A DNA stretch of 52,096 nt from a virus. Taxonomy: Duplodnaviria > Heunggongvirae > Uroviricota > Caudoviricetes. The position numbers were made by a program, and so were the translations under genes. The notes beneath the pieces are model-generated. The model was not told the origin of the DNA, made no database searches, and worked only from the letters and a program-made list of their open reading frames with translations. Positions within the stretch are counted from its first letter, which is position 1; each line of letters opens with the position of its first letter. Shown one piece after another: positions 1 to 9,566 of the stretch. The DNA lies in IMG/VR virus record IMGVR_UViG_3300033463_000001, positions 275,298 through 327,393 of that record. One strand, 5' to 3'.

Positions 1-681
1 CGAGAGGAGAATGGTGTTCTCGCTAATATAGCCTTTACGGCCAGCAATCTGCTGGAACGTATCCTTGTTCTTGATGAGCATCATTGAGCCCGTATAAGAA
101 TAAACGATAACGCGCAGCATGTCGATAGGACGCACCGGAATAAGTTTCAGCTTTGATGCAATGTAGCAGAAAGCCTCCTTATTCTTAATGGTGTCAATAT
201 TCAGTGCAGTTTCGGTCTCACGGACATAGTCTATTACATAGTCACTCAGAGCGAACATCGTGCACGTCTTCAATGCGATACCACTTTGGAGAACTTTCAA
301 ACATTTCGAATACAGCTCTTCCTCGGTGATAACATCGATATACTTCAGAACACTATAATCAGGCACCTCGGCAGTCATCTGATTTGGAATATATGTTTCT
401 CCCTGGAACCCGGTGCCGTAAGTGGTCATGTAATGTAATACTTGGTCTATAGCAAGCTCAAGGCGCGTTTTAGAAAGCACGTCCTCCCACTTCTCATAGA
501 AAGTAGCATTCACATTAATTTTGGCGTTACGGACATAGCGCATAACGCTTTCGTTACATACTACTGGATTGATAAAAAATCCATGCTTAATGGCTTCGAG
601 GTTACAGTTAATAACATCAAGCGTGCTTTCTTCCTGAAGTGCACGGCCAAAGTACTTGATAAGTTCGATGCGATTCTTCAT
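1..681 (-). CDS. hypothetical protein, runs off window start (N-terminal 227 aa only)
   Basis: Hand translation from ATG at 681 is open to base 1 (MKNRIELIKYFGRALQEE...NATFYEKWEDV...QVLHYMTTYGTG...); absent from ORF track because no stop in window; host-type promoter upstream. Confidence 0.8.
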   Translation of the reverse strand, partial: MKNRIELIKYFGRALQEESTLDVINCNLEAIKHGFFINPVVCNESVMRYVRNAKINVNATFYEKWEDVLSKTRLELAIDQVLHYMTTYGTGFQGETYIPNQMTAEVPDYSVLKYIDVITEEELYSKCLKVLQSGIALKTCTMFALSDYVIDYVRETETALNIDTIKNKEAFCYIASKLKLIPVRPIDMLRVIVYSYTGSMMLIKNKDTFQQIAGRKGYISENTILLS

Positions 682-716
682 ATGCGAACAACAAACTAGA
701 TTTTCAAATTTCGATG

Positions 717-748
717 CAAAGATAAGTAAAAAATTCCATATATGCAAA
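717..748 (-). promoter_or_regulatory. Bacteroidetes housekeeping-type promoter (-33 TTTG / -7 TAnnTTTG)
   Basis: Minus strand reads TTTG-N20-TATCTTTG, upstream of ATG 681. Confidence 0.8.
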
Positions 749-761
749 TCCTTTAGACGAA

Positions 762-1637
762 TTATGCATTTGTGATTACTTCTTTGTCATTATCAATATC
801 ATCCGGTGAGGTGATTTTCATATTATACATACCATAATCCGTATCTACGTCTACGAACGTATGCGTGCACGTCGTACCGTTAATATCCCATACAACGAAA
901 CCGTGCTCAGATACCGTTTCACCTCTATCTTTTTGGAAGAGCGAACCAGGATACACCAACTCACCTCCTTTATACGGAATTACTTGACGTTTATGGATAT
1001 CTCCGGCCAATACGTAGTTACAACCCTCAAAGATTGATACGTCAATACCAGATTCCGCGTTGGTTCCATTAGCGAGCTTACTACCGACGATAGGTCCGTG
1101 GAATAAACCGAATACTACGCCTTTATCTTGGTTAACGTCAGCGTCACGGTTGAGAATATATTCTCCGGATTCTGGTGTCCATGCAAAATTATCCCAGATT
1201 GAGTAGAGACGGAACTCAAGGTTTCCGTACCATACCGTTTGAGACTTATACCTACCTGCGAGCGCATCAAGGAAGTGACAATGATTAAACCTCGCAGTAT
1301 TGAAAATACCGGTCAGCGTATCCATGCGCGAGTTGTTGTCAACTACAAGGTCGTGGTTTCCACTAATAACAAGTACTTCCGCAAACTCGGATAGTTTAAG
1401 TAGGAATTTTGACACGAAAACCATCATCTCATTGGAGATGGTATTCTTTTGGTCTACGAGGTCTCCGGCGATAACAATGAGGCGTTGCTCATAGGTTAAC
1501 GGATTACCGTTTGCATCAACAGATAGAGTTTTTTCTACCTGATTGAAGAAGTTTTCGCAGGATTCCTCGAATTCTGCCAGTCGCTGATAGTTCTTAATAT
1601 GCACATCAGCTATGTGTATAATGCGTTTTATTGCCAT
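762..1637 (-). CDS. Mre11/SbcD-like (T4 gp47-like) recombination nuclease subunit
   Basis: Calcineurin-like motifs HIADVH, AGDLVD, SGNHD, LFHG, AGDIH, YPGSL; Rad50-like gene nearby. Confidence 0.85.
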   Translation of the reverse strand: MAIKRIIHIADVHIKNYQRLAEFEESCENFFNQVEKTLSVDANGNPLTYEQRLIVIAGDLVDQKNTISNEMMVFVSKFLLKLSEFAEVLVISGNHDLVVDNNSRMDTLTGIFNTARFNHCHFLDALAGRYKSQTVWYGNLEFRLYSIWDNFAWTPESGEYILNRDADVNQDKGVVFGLFHGPIVGSKLANGTNAESGIDVSIFEGCNYVLAGDIHKRQVIPYKGGELVYPGSLFQKDRGETVSEHGFVVWDINGTTCTHTFVDVDTDYGMYNMKITSPDDIDNDKEVITNA

Positions 1638-1655
1638 AATCAGTTAAATTCGTCG

Positions 1656-1667
1656 TTAATATAGTCC
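1656..1667 (-). promoter_or_regulatory. phage promoter motif GGACTATATTAA
   Basis: One of 10 intergenic copies; 19 nt upstream of ATG 1637. Confidence 0.75.
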
Positions 1668-1724
1668 TTTTTATTGAATAATGTACACATAATCGCTAAA
1701 ATTAATCGTAAATTTACACAAAAA

Positions 1725-2489
1725 ATGACAAATAATGGAAATGAAGTATGGTTAGGGCTCGATGTGTCCACAAATTGCATCGGGGTCTGCCTGTTTGAAA
1801 ACGATTCCACGCCAGATGGAAAAATTTTGGCACTGACGTATGTTGAACCGAAGATTGATAAGCGTGTTAAAGGCATCGAGGCATTATTCTTGAAGAGTAA
1901 GGTTTTTGAACGATTTATTCAAGAGAAAATCGATGGTATCACAATTGATAAGGTTGTGATTGAGGAACCGCTACTGACGAGCAATAATGCCTTTACAGTT
2001 GAGACACTTATTCGCTTTAATACCTTGATTGCAAATAGCATCTATACGATGTTTGGTATCATACCTATTTTTATATCAAGCTACAACGCGCGTATGTTTT
2101 CATTCCCTGAGTTGATATCCATCAGGAAAATTAACAAAAAGGACAAACTCTACACAGATAAAGAACTCATCAGTGCAGCAAAACACAGTAAGATATGTCT
2201 GTTTGGTGATTATAAGTTCGACATTGACAAAAAAGAGGTTATGATGCAGCATGTTAATGAGACGTATAAGCACATTACCTGGGAACTTGACAAAAAAGGT
2301 GAGTTGAAGAAGACAAACTACGATAGCTGCGATGCACTCATATGCTTACTTGGGTATCGTAGACTACGGAATCATCCAGACGCTGTTGGAAAAATCGTCA
2401 ACTACAAAGTTAACCCGGATTCTATTGATTACACAGTTGATTTCGCCGGAGAGAGATTTGAACATACAATTTTCTTATCTGGAAAATAA
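1725..2489 (+). CDS. RuvC-like Holliday junction resolvase
   Basis: LGLDVST, VVIEEP and C-terminal DSCDAL acidic motifs of RNase H/RuvC fold; start moved to ATG 1725. Confidence 0.7.
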   Translation: MTNNGNEVWLGLDVSTNCIGVCLFENDSTPDGKILALTYVEPKIDKRVKGIEALFLKSKVFERFIQEKIDGITIDKVVIEEPLLTSNNAFTVETLIRFNTLIANSIYTMFGIIPIFISSYNARMFSFPELISIRKINKKDKLYTDKELISAAKHSKICLFGDYKFDIDKKEVMMQHVNETYKHITWELDKKGELKKTNYDSCDALICLLGYRRLRNHPDAVGKIVNYKVNPDSIDYTVDFAGERFEHTIFLSGK

Positions 2490-2504
2490 GTTTTTTTCCT
2501 GAGG

Positions 2505-2661
2505 GATGGACCTAGCACAAAGGACCTATAATAATTGAAAATTATTTATAGGCACTTATTTTTTTATAATTTTATTTTTAAAAATAATATTTTTAAGGTC
2601 CATTTAGGCCCGGTCCATCATGTGCGTGTGCGTTGAAAAAAATAAGGAATGCGTGCGCACA
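2505..2661. repeat. nested inverted/direct repeats around AT-rich core (origin-like)
   Basis: GATGGACC(2505)/GGTCCATC(2612) and GGACCT(2522)/AGGTCC(2596) flank ~70 bp AT-rich DNA; further 14-bp hairpin 2621-2661. Confidence 0.65.
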
Positions 2662-2682
2662 GGTTTTGTGTTTCGTTTAATG

Positions 2683-2694
2683 GGACTATATTAG
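2683..2694 (+). promoter_or_regulatory. phage promoter motif GGACTATATTAG
   Basis: Exact motif upstream of primase ATG 2720. Confidence 0.75.
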
Positions 2695-2719
2695 TAACGA
2701 TTATTGAAATACACGTCGA

Positions 2720-3745
2720 ATGATACCACAAGAGGTTTATAAAATGTACAACATACTCAAGTCCTTCCTTGGGGATAGTAAGTCTGGTCTCGATGAGAGT
2801 TACCAGCTTCAATTCCCATGTCCTAAGTGTATTCAGGAAAAGGGAGAGGATGAAGAACATAAGTTCAATCTTGAGGTGTCTCTATCAAAGAACCTTTACA
2901 ACTGTTGGAGCTGTTCAGCATCCGGTGATAAGATGCACGGTACTATCTTCAACCTGATACGCAAATACGGTAATGAAGGGCTGTTGAGCGACTATAAGCG
3001 TGCACTTTCAGACCTACGCGAGAATAAACTCTACCTTCTATCATTCAAGAGTGACGAATTTTCAATACTAAATGATGAAGATGCTTTATACGAAGGCCTA
3101 ACGCTTCCAAAGGGTTATCGCACATTCAAGCCGGGACAGCGAGAAGATGATGAGGCACTTGCGTATCTTGCGAAGCGTGGAATTACACAATCAATCATTG
3201 ATAAGTTCAAAATAGGATTCATTCCTTACGATAAAGACGATAGATTCATGTGTAAGCGCATCATACTTCCATCGTTTGACTCAAGGGGATTCCTTAATTA
3301 TTGGACTGGACGCGATTACGTCGATTGGAAATGGAGACCAAAGTACAAAAACCCGGATGTAAACCGAAAAGATATTATCTTCAACGAATCTAACATTGAT
3401 TGGGATGCGGATATCACATTGGTAGAAGGACCTTTCGATTGTCTCGTGTTCCCAAATAGCATCCCATTGCTTGGGAAGAAATTAGGTAACGACTTCAAGC
3501 TCTATCACGACTTATTTACGCGAGCAAATGCCAATATCAACATATTTCTTGACGGTGATGCTTATCCGGCCGCGAAAGAACTGTATAAACAACTCAATAC
3601 AGGTTCTCTGATTGATAGGATACGATATGTACCTGTTGAGAAAGATTTAGACCCTTCACAAATATTCCAGGAGCAAGGAAAGAAAGGAATTATTGAACAT
3701 ATGTCGCGCTCAACAAAACTCAAAGAAATATACCTATTGAATTGA
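2720..3745 (+). CDS. DNA primase (DnaG-like, Zn finger + TOPRIM)
   Basis: CPKC...CWSC zinc-binding domain; VEGPFD and FLDGDA TOPRIM motifs. Confidence 0.9.
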   Translation: MIPQEVYKMYNILKSFLGDSKSGLDESYQLQFPCPKCIQEKGEDEEHKFNLEVSLSKNLYNCWSCSASGDKMHGTIFNLIRKYGNEGLLSDYKRALSDLRENKLYLLSFKSDEFSILNDEDALYEGLTLPKGYRTFKPGQREDDEALAYLAKRGITQSIIDKFKIGFIPYDKDDRFMCKRIILPSFDSRGFLNYWTGRDYVDWKWRPKYKNPDVNRKDIIFNESNIDWDADITLVEGPFDCLVFPNSIPLLGKKLGNDFKLYHDLFTRANANINIFLDGDAYPAAKELYKQLNTGSLIDRIRYVPVEKDLDPSQIFQEQGKKGIIEHMSRSTKLKEIYLLN

Positions 3746-4089
3746 TGGAAACGAAAATTGAAATCAAAATTGATTATACTTTCTCTGAGGTCATTAAAAA
3801 GTTCTGTAAGGAGAATGGTTTAGACGCATCGAAAAAGTGCGCAGAATGGCTAAAAACGGGTTATTTGATGGAAATAACAAACGGATACATGGTACCGGTT
3901 GGCCATGCGGCGAATAAACCAATATTAGAGGAGACTAAACCCACAGAAACAATACCTGTAGAAACCAAAAAGGAGATAAAAACACAACAAAACGAGGCAG
4001 CTCAGACAGAGCAAGTACATCAACCAAAACAAGAAGAAGTTAAACAAACGCCGCAACGTTCCGGCTTAACAATAACGAAAAAGAAATGA
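3745..4089 (+). CDS. hypothetical protein
   Basis: ORF coupled to primase stop and SbcC start. Confidence 0.65.
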   Translation: METKIEIKIDYTFSEVIKKFCKENGLDASKKCAEWLKTGYLMEITNGYMVPVGHAANKPILEETKPTETIPVETKKEIKTQQNEAAQTEQVHQPKQEEVKQTPQRSGLTITKKK

Positions 4090-6470
4090 GAGAATTAAAG
4101 AAACACTCAACCATTACGGTAGAATGGAAAACAAACGTCTATGACTATTCCGAAAGCAAAGAGCAGGATATCATCGACAAGTTGAGTAAAAAGTATGGCG
4201 TTGATAAAAAACATATCAAGGTCATCACTAACTTCACGGCCACCGGTAACGATAACCAATCGATATCCATTAAGGACGATGTGATTGGTGATATACAGAA
4301 CCCGGAGTTCCAGAAAGGCCTGTTCAAGGAGTTCTTGGAGTTGAACGGTGTTGAAGATTACGATATTAACGAGCTCTATGCCATTGACGATAGGGTTAAC
4401 TCGTATATTGACTTTGATTCATTTGAGCGTGGCAAGATGTACACAATCAAGTGGTTGAAGTGGGATAATTTCTTGAGCTACGGTGAATGTAATCAGTTCG
4501 ATTTTACCAAATACAAGGGTTTGGTGTTGCTTAATGGCGAACCGGCCAATCAGTCTGGTAAAACAACCTTCGCAATGGAACTGATTCGTTTCGTTTTGTT
4601 CGGAAAAGTGACGAAATGTGATAAGCAAGAAGACATTTTCAACCGTTTTCTTCCGGAAGCAACCACTGTAAATGCAGAAATGTGCATATGTATAAATAAC
4701 GAGGATTATATCATCAAGCGTACATTGACACGTCCTGCATTGGCTAAGAGAACGGCTAAAAGCGCTACGAAATCGTACATTGAATACTATAAGGTTAGTG
4801 GCGAAAGTCGCATAGAGTTGAGTGAGTTCAAAAAAGACGAATCTCTCAACGGAGAAAGCGTTGGACAAACCAACAAGGTTATCAAAGAGGCTATTGGAAA
4901 CGAGGATGACTTCGATTTAACCATGTGTGCATCGTCAAAAAGTCTGGATGACCTTATTGACAAAAAGAGCACGGAGCGTGGTCGCATCTTATCACGTTGG
5001 ATTGGTCTTGGTTCGCTCGAAAAGAAAGATGAAGTTGCGCGTGACCTGTTTAACAAGAGCGTGCGCGACACCCTTATTGTCGGTAAATACAACGAAGAAG
5101 CGTTGACCGATGAAATCAATACCAAAACGGCAGAAAACGCAACATTTGTTGAGAATATTGCCCGTTGCGATAAAAACATCAACGACGCTCAGAAGAAGAT
5201 TGATGAGGAAAATCAGAAAATCAAGGCACTTGCCACTTTAAAAAGCACTGTAGACCCGACTGTTATTAAAATGGATATCACAACCGTTAAGAACGCGTTG
5301 GAAACCATTACAGAGTCTGGTAAGTGTAAGAAAGTTGAACTCGAAACGACGAATAAAGAAATCGCCGAGATAGGTGACGCAGAATTCGATAGTACTGCAT
5401 ACAATAAGTTGCACCAAACCAGCACACAGCTTCAGTCTGAGATTGCCGGTAAAAACGTGCAGATAAAGACCAACGAAAAGACAATTAACGACCTTGCAAC
5501 AAGCGAATATTGTCCGGTTTGTAAGCGTAAATACGAGAACGTAGACAATTCTGCAAGAATCAACGAAATCAAGGCCGAGAATGAAAAGTTGGCTGCTGAG
5601 TGCGCTGCGTTGACAGAACAGTTGGGTACTACAAAGAAAGCCATTGAAGACATGACTACTCTTGCCGAGAAGAGCAAGAAACGTGGTGTTCTTGTGGCAA
5701 AGGCGGCGAGCCTTGAGGTAACTCTTGCCAATTTGCGTACAGAATTGCTTGAAAAACGTGGTCTTATCAAGGAGTACGAGGCTAACAAAGAGGCGATTCG
5801 TAAAAACGGTGAACTTGATAGTCAAATTGCTATCTGTGAAGGTAATCTCCAGGTATACAATCAGGAGATTCAAACAGCAACGAATGGTAAAATGTACTAT
5901 CAACAAAGCATGGCTGCTAACGAGGCTACTATCAAGGCAAATAAAGACTTGATAGAACGTATCCATAGGGATGAGCGTATATTGCGCAATTGGAAGCTGT
6001 ATCTTGAGATTATCGGTAAAAACGGTATTAGCAAGATGGTGCTCCGCAAGGCGCTTCCTATCATCAACGCAAACCTTGCACGCATCCTGTCAGACGTGGT
6101 TGATTTCACCGTGGAAGTAACTATCAACGACAAGAATGAAGTGGACTTCCTGCTCGTGCACGACGGTGTTAAGGCAAACTTGCATAGTGGCTCCGGATTG
6201 GAGATGACAGCATCTGCACTTGCATTGCGTACGGTGCTTGCAAACATGTCAAATATGGGGCGTCCGCAATTTATTGTTCTGGACGAGATTCTTGGCCGCG
6301 TTGCTAAGGAGAACTACGAGAATATGCACAGTCTCTACAACAAAATCATGGATAGCTACGAGTTGATTCTGCAGGTTAGTCACCTCCAGGAGATACAAGA
6401 CTGGCACGATGGTGGCGTATTGACTGTTATCAAGAAAAATAACGTAAGTAAAATCATAGAAAATCGTTAA
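4086..6470 (+). CDS. Rad50/SbcC-like (T4 gp46-like) ABC ATPase recombination subunit
   Basis: Walker A ..QSGKTT, long coiled coil with CPVC zinc hook, signature SGSGLE, Walker B IVLDE. Confidence 0.92.
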   Translation: MRELKKHSTITVEWKTNVYDYSESKEQDIIDKLSKKYGVDKKHIKVITNFTATGNDNQSISIKDDVIGDIQNPEFQKGLFKEFLELNGVEDYDINELYAIDDRVNSYIDFDSFERGKMYTIKWLKWDNFLSYGECNQFDFTKYKGLVLLNGEPANQSGKTTFAMELIRFVLFGKVTKCDKQEDIFNRFLPEATTVNAEMCICINNEDYIIKRTLTRPALAKRTAKSATKSYIEYYKVSGESRIELSEFKKDESLNGESVGQTNKVIKEAIGNEDDFDLTMCASSKSLDDLIDKKSTERGRILSRWIGLGSLEKKDEVARDLFNKSVRDTLIVGKYNEEALTDEINTKTAENATFVENIARCDKNINDAQKKIDEENQKIKALATLKSTVDPTVIKMDITTVKNALETITESGKCKKVELETTNKEIAEIGDAEFDSTAYNKLHQTSTQLQSEIAGKNVQIKTNEKTINDLATSEYCPVCKRKYENVDNSARINEIKAENEKLAAECAALTEQLGTTKKAIEDMTTLAEKSKKRGVLVAKAASLEVTLANLRTELLEKRGLIKEYEANKEAIRKNGELDSQIAICEGNLQVYNQEIQTATNGKMYYQQSMAANEATIKANKDLIERIHRDERILRNWKLYLEIIGKNGISKMVLRKALPIINANLARILSDVVDFTVEVTINDKNEVDFLLVHDGVKANLHSGSGLEMTASALALRTVLANMSNMGRPQFIVLDEILGRVAKENYENMHSLYNKIMDSYELILQVSHLQEIQDWHDGGVLTVIKKNNVSKIIENR

Positions 6471-6473
6471 CTT

Positions 6474-6953
6474 ATGAAATACGAAGAAATTGACGAGGCT
6501 ATTAAGGTAGCCATGCAAAATCATTCAGAGGATACTGGTACCTTGCGCCTTATTAAGGCTGAGGTGTTGGTATTCCAGAAATCAAAGGGTGCATCATACA
6601 TTCCCACTGAGGATGATATGACGCGTATCCTTACAAAGATGGCGACGCAGCGCAAGGAGTCTATTGCACAATACAAAGAAGCAGGCCGTGACGACTTGGT
6701 GTCATCAGAACAAAAAGAGTTGACGTTCATAGAATCACTACTACCGGCAATGCCTAGTGATGACGATGTTCGTGCATATGCTATTGAATGTATCGAAAGG
6801 TACGTGCAAACAATGAGCGTCGGTGCTGATATGGATTATACACTCACGATGAAAGACATGAAACCAATCCTGGATGAAGTAAAACAACGTTTCAACGCAC
6901 CTACGGTTGGTAAGATTGTGAGTGAGGCCTTGAGAAAGGCAATGGGTCAGTAA
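6474..6953 (+). CDS. GatB/YqeY domain protein
   Basis: LRLIKAE...KQRKESIAQYKEAGRDDLVSSEQKE...LP, typical YqeY. Confidence 0.85.
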   Translation: MKYEEIDEAIKVAMQNHSEDTGTLRLIKAEVLVFQKSKGASYIPTEDDMTRILTKMATQRKESIAQYKEAGRDDLVSSEQKELTFIESLLPAMPSDDDVRAYAIECIERYVQTMSVGADMDYTLTMKDMKPILDEVKQRFNAPTVGKIVSEALRKAMGQ

Positions 6954-6964
6954 CTTAAATCGTT

Positions 6965-7666
6965 GTGGAACAAACAAAAAAACTGGTAGACAATAGCGCA
7001 AATGCGTATATGCGAGACATCTCAAAAATTGAGGTGATATCATCTGAGGAACAACTTGAACTTGTTAAACTGGCTCAAAAAGGAGACCTAGATGCACGTA
7101 ACAAGCTGATTGAGTGTAATTTAAAGTTCGTTGCCGCCACAGCGAGAGAATATATCAATGACCGTGTTGAGTTGTTTGACCTTATACAGAGTGGTGTTGA
7201 TGGGTTAATGTATGCAATCAAGAAATTTGATTTCAGTCACTCAACCTGTTTTCTTACCTATGCTGTGTACTGGATTGAGCAATACATACAAAAGTCTGTC
7301 CGTTCATTCGGTCGAGAAATTAGTGTTACGCTTCTCAATGCCCATAAAAACGACTACGAAGACGATGTCCAGGATGTTATTAGCACATACACAAGCGATG
7401 AACCTGGCATGATTCAACAAGAGCAGAGCTATCGCACTCACGAACACAAAGAGATGGTGAAAAAGATGATGGCAATACTCAATCCGAGGGAAAAAGAGAT
7501 ATTAACAATGTACTATGGCCTTGATAATACAAAGAAACTTTCAATGAATGAGATATCCGAGTATATGGGGCTTAGTAGCGAGCGCACACGTAAAATTAAA
7601 GAAGGCGCAATCCACAAGATAAGAGGTGCATCTGTTGGAAAATACACTCTTGATGATATTTATTGA
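6965..7666 (+). CDS. sigma-70 family RNA polymerase sigma factor (sigma #1)
   Basis: Region 1.2 AYMRDI, region 2 ARNKLIECNLKFV...DLIQSG..GLMYAIKKFD...FLTYAVYWI, region 4 LNPREKEIL...SERTRKIKEGAIHKIR. Confidence 0.9.
   Translation: MEQTKKLVDNSANAYMRDISKIEVISSEEQLELVKLAQKGDLDARNKLIECNLKFVAATAREYINDRVELFDLIQSGVDGLMYAIKKFDFSHSTCFLTYAVYWIEQYIQKSVRSFGREISVTLLNAHKNDYEDDVQDVISTYTSDEPGMIQQEQSYRTHEHKEMVKKMMAILNPREKEILTMYYGLDNTKKLSMNEISEYMGLSSERTRKIKEGAIHKIRGASVGKYTLDDIY
7656..7665 (+). promoter_or_regulatory. putative late promoter motif ATATTTATTG
   Basis: Variant of GTATTTATW motif overlapping sigma stop, upstream of ATG 7706. Confidence 0.45.
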
Positions 7667-7705
7667 TGTCTAGAAACGCGTAAATTGCATAAAATCTAAC
7701 ACAAG

Positions 7706-8086
7706 ATGAGTAATAAAACTACAAAGAAAAACACTGCAATCGAAGAGACGGCTGCAGTAGAGCAGGTTGAAATGACAGCTGCTATCAGCGAAGGCATTCC
7801 TGCAGAAGAGACTCTGGAAGAGGAAGTAAACACAATCGAAGAAGGTGCTGAGTTCGTTCCGGACGATAAAGAGGAAGCCAAAGAAGAAGAAGAAGTTAAA
7901 GAAGAGGAAGAGGTTAAAGAAGAGGCTGTTTTCGAAAACGAAGAGCCTGCTACTGAGGAAGCTGAACAAGTTTTTGAAATTGCCGAGCCGGAACCTGCTG
8001 TAGAAGAAGCTAAGGAAGAGAAAAAGGAAGAGGTTTCAGAGATTGGTAAAATGATTTCTAACCTGTATTCCCCGGATGGTTATTAA
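7706..8086 (+). CDS. highly acidic low-complexity protein
   Basis: Glu-rich with EEEEVK tandem repeat. Confidence 0.7.
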   Translation: MSNKTTKKNTAIEETAAVEQVEMTAAISEGIPAEETLEEEVNTIEEGAEFVPDDKEEAKEEEEVKEEEEVKEEAVFENEEPATEEAEQVFEIAEPEPAVEEAKEEKKEEVSEIGKMISNLYSPDGY

Positions 8087-8097
8087 TTGACGGAACA

Positions 8098-8532
8098 ATG
8101 GCTCAACTTGATTCATCTCGCGATGTAACACAGAAAATGTTACAGACCATTCGGGAATCGATTGAGGCTCCTTCAAAAGAAATCGTTATCACCAACGACA
8201 ACAAGTTCGGTGACAACACCCTAACGTCTGAAAAGGAGTATATTTCAAGTAATCTAAACTCGACAGTCCGTTTCAGTGAAAACGCACTTGTTTTCTATCC
8301 GGACAAAGATGACTTGACATTCTCCGGTGAGGTTCCTGAGCTGAACAACTTACGTTTCCAATTCCGCCTGAATGACCCAACCGGCCAAGGCGTGTATATT
8401 TGGGTACAACAACTCCAGCTGACCGACGTAAACGTTAGGAAGGTTCAATTGATTCACAATCTCTTCCTGAACTGGAAAGACCGCTGGGTTAAAAACGCAG
8501 CACTGCTGGATAGCCTCAAAGGTAACCAGTAA
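8098..8532 (+). CDS. hypothetical protein (possibly virion-associated)
   Basis: ORF followed by terminator; in putative late block. Confidence 0.7.
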   Translation: MAQLDSSRDVTQKMLQTIRESIEAPSKEIVITNDNKFGDNTLTSEKEYISSNLNSTVRFSENALVFYPDKDDLTFSGEVPELNNLRFQFRLNDPTGQGVYIWVQQLQLTDVNVRKVQLIHNLFLNWKDRWVKNAALLDSLKGNQ

Positions 8533-8540
8533 TCCAAAGA

Positions 8541-8575
8541 AAGAGTCGCACCAATCGGCGCGGCTTTTTTGTTTT
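8541..8575 (+). terminator. Rho-independent terminator
   Basis: AGTCGCACC-aatc-GGCGCGGCT followed by T-tract. Confidence 0.75.
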
Positions 8576-8610
8576 ATGTGATATAACGTGTAATTTTTTG
8601 TTATTATAAG

Positions 8611-8620
8611 GTATTTATAA
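8611..8620 (+). promoter_or_regulatory. putative late promoter motif GTATTTATAA
   Basis: Intergenic, right after terminator, upstream of ATG 8640. Confidence 0.65.
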
Positions 8621-8639
8621 TAAAGGAAGAATAGTCGAT

Positions 8640-8810
8640 ATGAATCAACATATAGTAAAGGAAGAACTCACGAAAGCTGACGTACAGCGAATGATAGATA
8701 ATTCTATCGAAAGCAAGGATACTGAAAAATACATCAAGAAAGTATGTGACGACGTCCTTGAGAATATGTTTAAGACGCTTTGGCAACGCAAAGGCTTTTG
8801 GAAGAAGTAA
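8640..8810 (+). CDS. small hypothetical protein (56 aa)
   Basis: Hand translation MNQHIVKEELTKADVQRMIDNSIESK...LWQRKGFWKK; below ORF-track cutoff. Confidence 0.7.
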   Translation: MNQHIVKEELTKADVQRMIDNSIESKDTEKYIKKVCDDVLENMFKTLWQRKGFWKK

Positions 8811-8811
8811 T

Positions 8812-9384
8812 ATGGATAGGCTGGTAGTAATCACAGAATCTCAAGCGGCAGCTTTACGGAGGTCTATTGAGGAACAGCAGGCAGAAATCGTATTTGATAC
8901 GTTTCAAGAGGCTGTGAAGGGGTTCTTGAAAGAGCTCCTGGTTAATCCTATTCATCCTGAGGTTCCAGGTTTCTTCAAAGAGCGTGGTTTTAGTAAAGAT
9001 GAGTTACTCAAGAAGTTGGTTGACCTTGATATCGTCAAGGAGAAAAATAAAATCAACGATAAGGATGGAGTTAGCCGGATGAGTCTGCAATACTCAGTTC
9101 CTGCAAGCAACTTCCGTAGCAAGGTAATGAAGCTTTATAAGAATGTTGTTGAGAAAGACCCAATCAATGAGGATGGTGAAGGTGGAGGGGCTGCTGCATG
9201 TGGTGACGCCGGTGCACAAGCTGCTTCTGATGGTGGTGGATTTATAAGTCCGGTTGGTGATTCTAACAGCGGAAACAGTATATTAGGCGATGATGACCGT
9301 GGACAATACTCAGCACCGTTTGGGTGGAGCAGAAAAAAGAAAAAGAATGACACGGATGTCATGCGAAGAACACTAAGAGCTTAA
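8812..9384 (+). CDS. hypothetical protein (putative head-associated)
   Basis: Start reassigned to ATG 8812 (MDRLVVITESQ...), immediately after preceding stop. Confidence 0.75.
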   Translation: MDRLVVITESQAAALRRSIEEQQAEIVFDTFQEAVKGFLKELLVNPIHPEVPGFFKERGFSKDELLKKLVDLDIVKEKNKINDKDGVSRMSLQYSVPASNFRSKVMKLYKNVVEKDPINEDGEGGGAAACGDAGAQAASDGGGFISPVGDSNSGNSILGDDDRGQYSAPFGWSRKKKKNDTDVMRRTLRA

Positions 9385-9385
9385 T

Positions 9386-9553
9386 ATGGAAAAACCTCAA
9401 GCATATAACCCGGAAGACTACCGAAAAGCTGTTATGGATACCAATTCACAAATAGCAGAACGGGTGAAAGAGTCAAACGGCGTGGTTGATGCAGAACTAA
9501 CAAAACTACTACAAAGAAGACTCATGCAGGGTCTTTGGTTACAGACAATATAG
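9386..9553 (+). CDS. small hypothetical protein (55 aa)
   Basis: Hand translation MEKPQAYNPEDYRKAV...WLQTI, fills the gap exactly. Confidence 0.65.
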   Translation: MEKPQAYNPEDYRKAVMDTNSQIAERVKESNGVVDAELTKLLQRRLMQGLWLQTI

Positions 9554-9566
9554 AATCAAAAATACA

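Noticed and set aside
442-699. + strand 85-aa ORF from the track
   Set aside because: Antisense shadow of the longer minus-strand gene 1-681, which has a promoter.
8746-8811. Longer start for the 8746..9384 ORF
   Set aside because: Overlaps a plausible 56-aa gene (8640-8810); ATG 8812 directly after its stop is more likely.
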